DNA of 55,434 nt from Bacillota bacterium. Its GTDB lineage: Bacteria; Bacillota; DTU014. Within the stretch, counting starts at the first letter, position 1. Every line of letters starts with the position of its first letter. This document shows positions 18,129-26,831 of the stretch, in pieces. The stretch covers positions 1 through 55,434 of the forward strand of contig JAAYAB010000052.1 of assembly GCA_012719595.1 (NCBI GenBank), in the 5' to 3' direction. The position numbers were made by a program, and so were the translations under genes. The notes beneath the pieces are model-generated. The model saw only the letters and a program-made list of their open reading frames with translations, was not told the DNA's origin and searched no databases.

Positions 18129-19163
18129 CTACAGCAAATCCTCCGCAACCACGTACTCTGCTATCTGAATGGCGTTGAGGGCGGCTCCTTTCCGTATCTG
18201 GTCACCGACCACCCAGAGGTTCAGCCCTTTCTCGATGGAGTTGTCCTCTCTGATGCGGCCGACCAAGACGTCATCTTTGCCGGTCCCGAGCGTCGGCATT
18301 GGGTAGGCGCCTGCCGACGGATCGTCAATGACTGTTACACCCTTTGCCCTGCTGAGGATCTCTCGCGCCTCTGAAGCTGTCAGCTTGGTCCTCGTCTCTA
18401 TGTTGATGGACTCCGAGTGGCATCTGAATACTGGCACACGCACAGTGGTCGCTGTGACCGCTATATCGGGATCGCCCAGTATCTTCTTGGTCTCCTTGAC
18501 CATCTTCCACTCTTCTTTGGTGTAGCCCATTTCGTCGAACACGTCTATGTGCGGCACCAGGTTGAACGCGATCTGATGATGGACGGCAGCCGAGGTATAT
18601 GGGAAGACCGCCGGCTCGACCTGCTGGCCCGAGAGATATCTCCTGCTCTCTTCCTCCAGAGCGATGAGTCCCTTCGTGCCGATCCCCGACACTGCCTGAT
18701 AGGTTGATACGACGATCCTCCTGATCCCGGCCCTGTCGTATATGGGCTTGATCGCGACGACCATCACGATGGTAGAGCAATTGGGATTGGCGATCAATCC
18801 GCGATGATTCCTGGCCGCTTCTGCGTTGGCTTCGGGCACGACCAAAGGCACATCGGGATCGAGGCGGAATGCACTAGTGTTGTCTATGACAAGAGCCCCG
18901 CTCTTTACGGCCGACGGCGCGAGTTCCTTTGACACAGATCCGCCCGCACTGAAGAAAGCGATGTCCACGTCCTTGAAGGAGTCCGGAGTCGCCTCTTCGA
19001 CGGTGAGAGTGCCCATCGGAGTGTCCATCTGCTTTCCGGCAGACCTGCTGCTGGCCAGCAGTTTCAGTGACTTGACAGGAAAACTGCGCTCTTTGAGCAG
19101 TGAAATCAGTTCGGTGCCCACTGCACCGGTAGCTCCCACGATTGCAACATTGAGATCCCGCAT
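18129..19163 (-). CDS. asd: aspartate-semialdehyde dehydrogenase
   Basis: Motif VAIVGATGAVG, active-site NPNCSTI, and 344 aa of typical Asd length. Confidence 0.95.
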   Translation of the reverse strand: MRDLNVAIVGATGAVGTELISLLKERSFPVKSLKLLASSRSAGKQMDTPMGTLTVEEATPDSFKDVDIAFFSAGGSVSKELAPSAVKSGALVIDNTSAFRLDPDVPLVVPEANAEAARNHRGLIANPNCSTIVMVVAIKPIYDRAGIRRIVVSTYQAVSGIGTKGLIALEEESRRYLSGQQVEPAVFPYTSAAVHHQIAFNLVPHIDVFDEMGYTKEEWKMVKETKKILGDPDIAVTATTVRVPVFRCHSESINIETRTKLTASEAREILSRAKGVTVIDDPSAGAYPMPTLGTGKDDVLVGRIREDNSIEKGLNLWVVGDQIRKGAALNAIQIAEYVVAEDLL

Positions 19164-19245
19164 ACCTTCTGTCCACCCTTCACAAATGGTATCTCAACAA
19201 GGCTAGGTCCATCACAGCAGGTCCGGCTCTGACCGACAGGCTCAA

Positions 19246-19833
19246 TCATTCGCCGCCCCGAAGAACTGGCTGTATCTGCTGCCTCTGCATCGCCATTTCG
19301 ACAGTATCAGGAATCAGGTCCATCAGCGCTACGACTGAGTTCGCTTTGTCGACTGGACTATCCTGGCGATACGGAACCAGATAGACACACGGCGTGCTCG
19401 ACAGTATGGCGATGCTCTTCGCATTGAGCCCCAGTGCGTCGTTGGTGGAGATCGCAATCACCACCGGTCTGCCGTTTCTGAGCTGGGCCTTTGCAGCCAT
19501 TGTCACCGTCCCGTCGATGATGCCGTGGGCCAGCTTGGCAGCAGTGTTGCCGGTGCATGGAGCAATCACCAGACAGTCGAGCATCTTCCGAGGCCCGATC
19601 GGCTCGGCCTCGACTATCGACGATATGGGTTCCTTGCCGGTGAGCTCAACCAGCTTCTTTCTCAGTTCCTTGGCTTCACCGAACCGGGTATCGGTATCGC
19701 GGACCGACTCAGAGACTATGGCAAGCACTTCTGCACCGCTGTTGACCAGCTCAGATATGACGGGTATCACTTGAGGAATGGTGCAGTGCGAACCTGTGAG
19801 CGCAAATCCGATCCTCTTGCCTTTGAAGCGCAT
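19246..19833 (-). CDS. dpaB: dipicolinate synthase subunit B (flavoprotein)
   Basis: Colinear with B. subtilis SpoVFB as I recall it: KGKRIGFALTGSHCT, APCTGNT, RPVVIAISTNDALGLN. ATG 19833 follows GGGGGGTG. Confidence 0.88.
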   Translation of the reverse strand: MRFKGKRIGFALTGSHCTIPQVIPVISELVNSGAEVLAIVSESVRDTDTRFGEAKELRKKLVELTGKEPISSIVEAEPIGPRKMLDCLVIAPCTGNTAAKLAHGIIDGTVTMAAKAQLRNGRPVVIAISTNDALGLNAKSIAILSSTPCVYLVPYRQDSPVDKANSVVALMDLIPDTVEMAMQRQQIQPVLRGGE

Positions 19834-19975
19834 TCTGTGCACCCCCCAGAACGAGCTGCACGTCACATATGCCGTCTCGTGAGAACCGTGCTGGGCAGCT
19901 CGCAGAAAGCGAGGCCTTCAGCCGGATTCCCAATAGATCATATGTGAGTCTTCTGGATGAGGTGCCCAGAGCCCA

Positions 19976-20854
19976 TCAGAGGTCGAGCAGGTTCTCCAGG
20001 CCGTAGACGAGGTGATCGAGTCCAGCGACCTTGCGGATAGCCATCAGAACGCCTGGCATGAATGAAGTCCTGCTCATCGAGTCGTGGCGAATGGTGAGAG
20101 TCTGGCCTTCGGCTCCCATCAAGACCTCTTGGTGAGCAATCAAGCCGGGAAGCCGCACGCTGTGGATCCGTATTCCCTCGATCACTCCGCCCCTCGCGCC
20201 CGCCAGCGACTCTATCTCCTTGACCTGTCTCTCAGCAGGTTTGCTTCCTGACGCGACGATCATCTCTGCGGTCTTAATAGCTGTGCCTGACGGGGCGTCC
20301 GCCTTCCGGTCGTGATGAAGCTCGACTATCTCGACGCTCGGGAAGTACTTGCTCGCTTCGACTGCGAATTTCATCATGAGCACAGCTCCGATCGCGAAGT
20401 TCGGGGCGATCACGCCGCCCAGCCGAGATCTGCGAGCCTGCTCCTGCAACGCCTCGACTTCGGTCATGCGGAGTCCGGATGTGCCCACGACCGGCCGCAC
20501 GCCTGAGTTCAGAGTCTCTGTTACGTTCTTGTACACTGCACCAGGATGAGTGAAGTCGACAGCGTGGGTTGCTGCAGAAGCCGCAAGGCATTCCCTGAGA
20601 TCTGAGACTACTGCTACCCCGAGCTCGCCGACACCGGCGAGGACGCCGATATCCTCTGAGGTGTGAGCTAGATCGACAGCGCCGACAACCGTCATGTCTT
20701 CCTGTGAGCTGACCGCCCGAACGACCTCCAGCCCCATTCTGCCACAGGCTCCAATCACGACTACCCTGTGTCTGACCAACGCGGCCACCTGCCTTCTCAG
20801 TCCGGAGTCAGCGGTCTTAGTGCACATTCTCCAACAAATCCCCACTCTTGTCAA
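19976..20854 (-). CDS. dapB: 4-hydroxy-tetrahydrodipicolinate reductase
   Basis: Motifs VIGACGRMG, APNFAIGAVL and ELHHDRKADAPSGTA. The start is uncertain. TTG 20854 forms a TTGA overlap with the upstream stop. TTG 20776 with AGGTGG upstream would give the canonical N-terminus. Confidence 0.9.
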   Translation of the reverse strand: MTRVGICWRMCTKTADSGLRRQVAALVRHRVVVIGACGRMGLEVVRAVSSQEDMTVVGAVDLAHTSEDIGVLAGVGELGVAVVSDLRECLAASAATHAVDFTHPGAVYKNVTETLNSGVRPVVGTSGLRMTEVEALQEQARRSRLGGVIAPNFAIGAVLMMKFAVEASKYFPSVEIVELHHDRKADAPSGTAIKTAEMIVASGSKPAERQVKEIESLAGARGGVIEGIRIHSVRLPGLIAHQEVLMGAEGQTLTIRHDSMSRTSFMPGVLMAIRKVAGLDHLVYGLENLLDL

Positions 20855-22128
20855 CAGCCACTCAACACCCTGTCACGCTGCTGGTTGAAGTAGTCGCTCA
20901 GCGAGTCGTCGACAGGGCCTACAGCCGACACTGCCAGCCTCGACGGATCGAGGACGAGCTGTGCGGTCTCGACCACATTGCTGAGGGTGACCGAGTCTAT
21001 CTGCCTCATGACCTCGTCGGGAACCACCAGCCGCTCGTGGAACAGCGCAAGCTTCGCCAGCCGGCTCATCCGGTTTCCCATGCTCTCCAGGTTTATAACC
21101 AGATTGGCCTTCAGCTGCTCCTTTGCCCGCGCGATCTCGGATTCCGACACGTTGCCCTCGCGCACCTGGCGTATTTGCTCGAGAATCAGATGTATCACCT
21201 GCTCCAGATTCTCCCTTGACACGCCTGCATATATCCCGAAGAGGCCCGCGTCTGAGTAACAAGTGTTGTAGCTGTAGGTAGAATAGACCAGGCCGCGCTC
21301 TTCGCGCAACTCCTGGAACAGCCTCGAACTCATGCTGCCGCCCAGGAGCATGTCCAGGACAGAGACAGAATACCTCAGCGGGTCGACTCTCGAAGCTCCG
21401 GGGACAGCGATGCACAAATGAACCTGCTCAGTATCTTTTTCGATGGTCAGAACGTCGCCTCTGGATACGGGAAGCGTGAACTGCGGCTGAACCAGTTCGC
21501 CCGAGAGGCCGCCGAGATGCCTGTCGATCAGCTGCACAAGTTCTGCATGAAACATGTTGCCCACTGCGGCTACGATCAGATTCGACGGGCGATACCACTG
21601 GTCCATATAGGAAGTCAAGTCGCCCCTGCTCAGAGCCTTGATCGTGTCGCGCTCTCCAATTGTGTTCGTTCCGAGGGGATGATCGCCCCAAAGCGCCTTG
21701 AAGATCAGGTCGTGCGAAAGCTCGTCAGGGTTGTCCTCGTACATGCTGATCTCTTCCAGGACCACGCTCTTCTCTTTGTTCAGCTCTGTCTCTAGTATCA
21801 ATGACCTGCAGTAGATGTCTGACATGATGTCGATGGCGGGCGAAAGATGTTGATCGAGGCACTTCGTGTAGTAGCAGGTGTATTCCTTGGAGGTGTATGC
21901 GTTGAGTTGAGCCCCTATTCCGTCCACTTCTTCTGCGATCTGCTTGGCAGTCCTGCTCTCAGTGCCCTTGAACAGCATGTGTTCTATGAGATGCGAGACC
22001 CCTCGCTTGTCAGGCGACTCCGACCTGCTGCCTGCCTTTATCCAATAGCCGACAGACACTGATCGAACGTGCGGAACCGTCTCAGTGACTACTCTGATGC
22101 CGTTGCGGAGAACTGAGACGTCGTACAA
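20851..22128 (-). CDS. M16-family (insulinase-like) zinc peptidase, MlpA/YmxG-like
   Basis: HxxEH zinc motif in GVSHLIEHMLFKGT. 425 aa. Its position upstream of the dpa/dap genes matches Bacillus. Confidence 0.88.
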   Translation of the reverse strand: MYDVSVLRNGIRVVTETVPHVRSVSVGYWIKAGSRSESPDKRGVSHLIEHMLFKGTESRTAKQIAEEVDGIGAQLNAYTSKEYTCYYTKCLDQHLSPAIDIMSDIYCRSLILETELNKEKSVVLEEISMYEDNPDELSHDLIFKALWGDHPLGTNTIGERDTIKALSRGDLTSYMDQWYRPSNLIVAAVGNMFHAELVQLIDRHLGGLSGELVQPQFTLPVSRGDVLTIEKDTEQVHLCIAVPGASRVDPLRYSVSVLDMLLGGSMSSRLFQELREERGLVYSTYSYNTCYSDAGLFGIYAGVSRENLEQVIHLILEQIRQVREGNVSESEIARAKEQLKANLVINLESMGNRMSRLAKLALFHERLVVPDEVMRQIDSVTLSNVVETAQLVLDPSRLAVSAVGPVDDSLSDYFNQQRDRVLSGC

Positions 22129-22242
22129 TACCGTATCTCCCCTTCACCGAGATCTCCTGTTGCATGCTTCGGTTCGGCTGGAACCGGCAAGCTAACAATA
22201 CTTCGCTGGTTTTGGGGAGTTTTCCTTCCCGGCGTCCGATGC

Positions 22243-23250
22243 TCACCGGCCTGCCTCTATCAGTTCAGAAACGGTGACTACTCTGTATCCGTCTGACGTC
22301 AGGCGGGCCAGGATTTCCTTCAGTGCCTGGACAGTCGGTTCTGTAGGATGGATCAGGATGATAGATCCCGGCCGAACCTTGTTGACGATCCTTGACACGA
22401 TGACCTGTGGAGAGGGCCTCTGCCAGTCTATCGTGTCTATATCCCACATCGAGGTGAGGTGCCCCACTTCTGCGGCTGCCTTGACGATTGTCGAGTTCAC
22501 CTCTCCGTACGGCGGAGAGAAGACCCGTGTCTCTCGGCCGGTGATCGAGTAGAGGAGCTGACGGTTGTCCTCTATCAATTTCTTGATGGTGTCAGGCCGT
22601 GCGTTTTCGACATGAACGTGTTCGAACCCGTGGTTCGCGATCTCATGGCCGCCTTCAGCCATCTGTCGAACGAGATCGGGCCGCTGCTTCGCCCATGTTC
22701 CCACTATGAAGAAGCTCACTCGAGCGCCCGAGTCCCTGAACAGCTCGAGCATTGGTTCGATGAACTCGTCGCCCCAGGCGACATTCACGGCAAAGGACAC
22801 TGCCCTTTGTTGCGTGTCTACGTGCCTGATCTCCTTGGCCGTGGCCGGATCCGGCACGAGCGACCTCATGACGGTGACAGCGTCCACATTGGCTCCAGGC
22901 CCGGCCTTCAGGATTCGCTGTACGGTCGCTTCCACGTCGACCAGGACAGCCGGCTGACCGACGCCGATCTTGGCAGAAACCCCTCCGGCCATAGCCGGAA
23001 CCACCTGAAGTCCGGAGTCAGCTGCGTAGCGCTCTACTATATCGTACAGCTCATCCCTGTACAGCCTCGACACGTCTGTGCCCTCAAATGCCACTCCGCG
23101 AGCCACTCCATTGTACGCCCTGAGAATCCGGTCGTACGTGAGGCCCAGCCCCAGCTGCAAGACCAGCATTACAGCCAGCACGGAGTATATGAGAAGGAGT
23201 TCCAATCTCACTACTACGAACCGAGTGCCAAACCGAGGCAGAACCCTCAA
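22243..23250 (-). CDS. polysaccharide deacetylase (YlxY-like), membrane anchored
   Basis: N-terminal TM helix and a NodB domain with NHGFEHVH and LIHPT motifs. Its position next to the M16 peptidase matches Bacillus ylxY-mlpA. Confidence 0.8.
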   Translation of the reverse strand: MRVLPRFGTRFVVVRLELLLIYSVLAVMLVLQLGLGLTYDRILRAYNGVARGVAFEGTDVSRLYRDELYDIVERYAADSGLQVVPAMAGGVSAKIGVGQPAVLVDVEATVQRILKAGPGANVDAVTVMRSLVPDPATAKEIRHVDTQQRAVSFAVNVAWGDEFIEPMLELFRDSGARVSFFIVGTWAKQRPDLVRQMAEGGHEIANHGFEHVHVENARPDTIKKLIEDNRQLLYSITGRETRVFSPPYGEVNSTIVKAAAEVGHLTSMWDIDTIDWQRPSPQVIVSRIVNKVRPGSIILIHPTEPTVQALKEILARLTSDGYRVVTVSELIEAGR

Positions 23251-23253
23251 TGC

Positions 23254-24063
23254 CTACACCTCCAATCCAGACTCGGCTGTACTCGTCTTCGGGCTGCCTG
23301 ATCTCGCCATTTGTCTTCCGGTATGGTCAACATATGTCTCGCCGGTCAAGAGAAGCGCCGATACAGGAACAATCGTGAAACCCTTGCTCTTCAGTTCACC
23401 GAGCACAGTGTCCAGAGCTTCTACCGTGTGCTCGCCGTTGTTGTGGAAGAGGATGATCGACCCTCTCTTCACCCGGGACATCACTCGATTCACGATTTCC
23501 GACTTGCTTAGGTTCATCCAGTCCAGCGAGTCCACGTCCCACTGAATCGTCGTGAGCCCGCAAGCCTCCGCCGTTTCGATCACCCTGTTGTTGTACTCGC
23601 CAAACGGAGCGCGGAACACCTTCGGCCGCTTTCCTGTCAGGCTTTCGATCATGTCGCTGCATCGGTTGAGCTCTGCAGCAATGGATTCTGCGGTCAGCGA
23701 GTTCAGGTGAGGATGTGAATACGAGTGATTCCCTATCTCGTGTCCCCTCGCTGCGATCATGCGAACGTGGTCGGGGTACTCGTTCACCCAATACCCAGCC
23801 AGGAAGAAGGTCGCCTTGACTCCGTGCTTGTCGAGCACGTCCAGGATATCCTGAGTCCTGCTCGCTCCCCATGTCGCGTCGAGAGATACGGAGACTCTGT
23901 CATCTTGGACATCGACGCTGTACACGGGGATCCTTCTCCCCAGCTTCGACGATACGACTGAAGCGATCGTCGGGTATAGGCTGAACTGAACGGCGTTCAC
24001 CAGAGTGATCACTACGAACGCCAAGAACACTGCCAATATGGGCCGCCGGATTCGAATCACCAC
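23254..24063 (-). CDS. polysaccharide deacetylase (PdaA/PdaB-like), membrane anchored
   Basis: NodB motifs VSLDATWG, ATFFLAG, NHSYSHPHL, FRAPFGEYN and ILFHN. GTG 24063 sits 8 nt after AGGAAGG. The ORF-track start is 24072. Confidence 0.8.
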   Translation of the reverse strand: MVIRIRRPILAVFLAFVVITLVNAVQFSLYPTIASVVSSKLGRRIPVYSVDVQDDRVSVSLDATWGASRTQDILDVLDKHGVKATFFLAGYWVNEYPDHVRMIAARGHEIGNHSYSHPHLNSLTAESIAAELNRCSDMIESLTGKRPKVFRAPFGEYNNRVIETAEACGLTTIQWDVDSLDWMNLSKSEIVNRVMSRVKRGSIILFHNNGEHTVEALDTVLGELKSKGFTIVPVSALLLTGETYVDHTGRQMARSGSPKTSTAESGLEV

Positions 24064-24154
24064 TGCAAACACCTTCCTGAACGCCCGGCAATTGCACTCT
24101 CAGTGCACTGACACACAGAATGACACACTGCATGATATTCTGCGAAAAGCACGG

Positions 24155-26725
24155 TTATGTGTTCTCACGCGACAGCCATCTTCTGACTGCGTCCTCGATT
24201 TCATCGATCGTGCCCAATACTGTCGAGCACTCGGGTATAGATTCCATGAAGGCTCTTCCGTACCCTCGCTGCACCAGGCGGCTGTCAAGGACCGTGACCG
24301 CGCCGGTGTCGTCCTTCGAGCGGATGAGCCTGCCGAATCCCTGCCTGAACTTGATCACAGCCTCCGGCAGCGAAAGCTGCAGGAACGGATCCTTCCCCTC
24401 CGAAGCAAGCGCCTCTATCTTCGCCTGAACCAATGGCTCAGTAGGAACCCTGAACGGAAGCCTGACGATCACGACATGCGACAGTGACGGTCCCTTTACA
24501 TCGACGCCCTCCCAGAAGCTGTCGGTGCCAAAGAGGATCGACGAAGTGTCGTCGCGGAACGCTGAAATGAGCTGATGCCGTCCTGCCTCTCCCTGGACGA
24601 GCAGGCGGAGGCCGTGTTCCTCGAGGAACGGTCGGCACTCGGCTGCGGCGCTCCTCATAGACGAATACGAGGTGAAGAGCACGAACGCCCTGCCTGCAGA
24701 CGCCAAGAGAAGCCTGCGGAGTGCTCCGGGCAACTGAACGTGGAACTCCGCCGCATCGGGAGGCGGAAGGCTTGACGCCACGCACAGCAAGACTTGCCGT
24801 CTGAAGTCGAACGGAGACGGGATCGTCCTATGGATCAGCACTTCCTCGGTCAAATTGGTCAGGCCGAGACTGCGTTTGAAGTAGTCAAACGACCCCTGCA
24901 CTGTAAGCGTCGCAGAAGTGAACACAGTCCCGCTCATGCGCGAAAGCACTGAGTCGACGAACCTGGTGCCGATTTCAACGGGTGCGCTCTTGAGAGAGAA
25001 ACTGATTCTGGCTGCCGTTCCTGTTCGCTCGACCCAGTGCACGAACGATCTCTCAGGAGCCCGCATTACGGCCTTTACCACCGAAGCAAAGCCGGCAGTT
25101 CTATCCGACAACGCCTTGATCTCCGTGCACAGTCCCAACTCCACTGCGTCGAGATCGTCCTCATACGGCGAAATGTGCGCATCGATCTCCTTCAGCTGCG
25201 CAGCGACTTCTTCCAGCACGAAGCTGACCTTCTCCGAGTCTGCGAGCACTTCTTGAAAGGCAGGGCTTTCGACTGATTCCTCGGTCAGCCTCACTGCGCT
25301 GGACTGATCCTCCTCCGCCGCCTCGGCGACTAGCTTGACCAGATGGGCTTTGAGGTCGCTCACCAGGTTCAGGACTCTCTCGACGCTGCTGACGAGAGAG
25401 GTGTCGATCAGGTTCAGCGCTCGAGACCGAGCCAGCGGCGACACTTGCCCGACGCTCGACAGCGCAGCTCTCAGTCTCACCAGGGCGCCGGCTTCGCTCC
25501 CGCGCTCTTTGCCGCGAGATCTGCCCGGCGCGCGGCGCCACAGCCTCCGCATGGTGCGCTCTATCTGAGTGGTGGTCACCGAATCGCCGAGGTACTCATG
25601 GACGATCTCCGGAAGATGGTGCGCTTCATCGAACACAGCATAGTCGTATCTCGGCAAGACAGCGACCTCCGGATCGGTCTCCATCGCCTCCCGCACACTC
25701 AAGTCAGCGAGCAGCAAGTGGTGGTTGACGACCAGGATGTCGGCGTCCTGCGCCGCACGCCGGGCCGCGAGATAGTGGCACGACTCCCGGTACGGACATT
25801 TGGCTCTCATGCAGGTGTCCGGTTCGGAGCAGATGCTCTCCCAGACCTCTGCAGTCACAGGAATCGGGAGTTCAGAACGCGAGCCCGTGCCTTGTTCCTT
25901 GATCATCTCGGCCAGCGCCTGGAGCTCGCTGCGTTCGAATCCCTCCTCTCCTTCGAAAAGCGAATCCGGCTCGTTGCACAGATTCTGCACTTTGCGCAGG
26001 CAGATGTAGTTGTTGCGCCCCTTCATCAAGGCGGCGTTGAACTCGACGCCCAAGTGGTCCCGGAGGAAGGGGATATCCTTGTACACCAGCTGTTCCTGGA
26101 GGTTGATCGTGTTGGTGGACACGACGATCCTGCGCTCCAGCCGCTTGGCGGAGATCACGCACGGCACCAGGTACGCCATGGACTTGCCTGTGCCTGTCCC
26201 CGCCTCAAGCAGCGCATGCTTGCCAAGCGAAATCGCATCGACGACGTCGTCGGCCATCTGGATCTGCTCGGGTCTATACTCGTACGAAGGCAGACTCGAC
26301 GCGATGGGACCTGTCGGACCGAGCAGACGCCTGACTGTGTTCTTGTGCTCCTCGAGTCTCTGAGCTCGCACCTGGATGACTTCGACGACGGCATAGACGT
26401 CATCCACGTCATTGCTCACAATCAAGAACCCCGCGCCCTGGCTGCCGACCCGAAAGGCCACCCGCAGATCGGCTTCGGAGGGGGTCAGGTTCCCGGACGG
26501 GTGGTTGTGGATCACGACCTCTCCGGGAGCAACCACCTTGTCGAGAGCAGGGACGGCCGATCGGGACCCTCTGGCGACCACGGCAATCGATTCGACTAGG
26601 TCGCTGCTGTCAAGCCGCCCGACCGCGAACAACTCGTTGCCGTTGGCGTCCCGGATCGCAGTCCTGAGCGCCGAGATTGCACCTTCTGTGAAGTAGTTTC
26701 TTATCTTCTGCGGCAATTTCGACAA
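24155..26725 (-). CDS. dinG: DinG/XPD-family Fe-S helicase with an N-terminal JAB/MPN (RadC-like) domain
   Basis: Residues ~1-125 carry the JAMM motif HNHPSGNLTPSEAD with an upstream GNELFAVG. The helicase part has AGTGTGKS, DEAHHL, the Cys cluster ICSEPDTCMRAKCPYRESC, FTSATL and QGFGRLIR. The probable start is TTG 26725, 6 nt after GGAGGG. The ORF-track start is 26731. Confidence 0.85.
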   Translation of the reverse strand: MSKLPQKIRNYFTEGAISALRTAIRDANGNELFAVGRLDSSDLVESIAVVARGSRSAVPALDKVVAPGEVVIHNHPSGNLTPSEADLRVAFRVGSQGAGFLIVSNDVDDVYAVVEVIQVRAQRLEEHKNTVRRLLGPTGPIASSLPSYEYRPEQIQMADDVVDAISLGKHALLEAGTGTGKSMAYLVPCVISAKRLERRIVVSTNTINLQEQLVYKDIPFLRDHLGVEFNAALMKGRNNYICLRKVQNLCNEPDSLFEGEEGFERSELQALAEMIKEQGTGSRSELPIPVTAEVWESICSEPDTCMRAKCPYRESCHYLAARRAAQDADILVVNHHLLLADLSVREAMETDPEVAVLPRYDYAVFDEAHHLPEIVHEYLGDSVTTTQIERTMRRLWRRAPGRSRGKERGSEAGALVRLRAALSSVGQVSPLARSRALNLIDTSLVSSVERVLNLVSDLKAHLVKLVAEAAEEDQSSAVRLTEESVESPAFQEVLADSEKVSFVLEEVAAQLKEIDAHISPYEDDLDAVELGLCTEIKALSDRTAGFASVVKAVMRAPERSFVHWVERTGTAARISFSLKSAPVEIGTRFVDSVLSRMSGTVFTSATLTVQGSFDYFKRSLGLTNLTEEVLIHRTIPSPFDFRRQVLLCVASSLPPPDAAEFHVQLPGALRRLLLASAGRAFVLFTSYSSMRSAAAECRPFLEEHGLRLLVQGEAGRHQLISAFRDDTSSILFGTDSFWEGVDVKGPSLSHVVIVRLPFRVPTEPLVQAKIEALASEGKDPFLQLSLPEAVIKFRQGFGRLIRSKDDTGAVTVLDSRLVQRGYGRAFMESIPECSTVLGTIDEIEDAVRRWLSRENT

Positions 26726-26831
26726 CTTCAACCCTCCGAGGTGAAAAAACGGACGCGCACTACATTCCTCTTGCCGGCCGCCAAGTCCTGCTAGGTGCTA
26801 CAGATCCGTAAAGCGAGTGGCCATGGGCAGC

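Noticed and set aside
19164-19245. A lysine (L-box) riboswitch upstream of the asd-dapG-dapA genes.
   Set aside because: The spacers are only 14-82 nt, far too short for an L-box of ~180 nt. These genes appear co-transcribed with dpaB.
25343-26599. Long plus-strand ORFs, for example 25343-26599 (418 aa), 42787-44328 (513 aa), 36891-37982 (363 aa), 3119-3982 (287 aa) and 8129-8896 (255 aa).
   Set aside because: Each lies entirely antisense to a minus-strand gene with unmistakable family motifs. Their products are Arg/Pro/Ser/His-rich and low-complexity, with no recognisable motifs or RBS. These are typical shadow ORFs of GC-rich DNA.
26732-26831. A T6 run (minus strand, about 26745-26750) as an intrinsic terminator between the MraY-like gene and JAB-DinG.
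   Set aside because: I could not find a convincing GC-rich stem immediately upstream of the T-run. The nearest complementary segments are only 4 bp.
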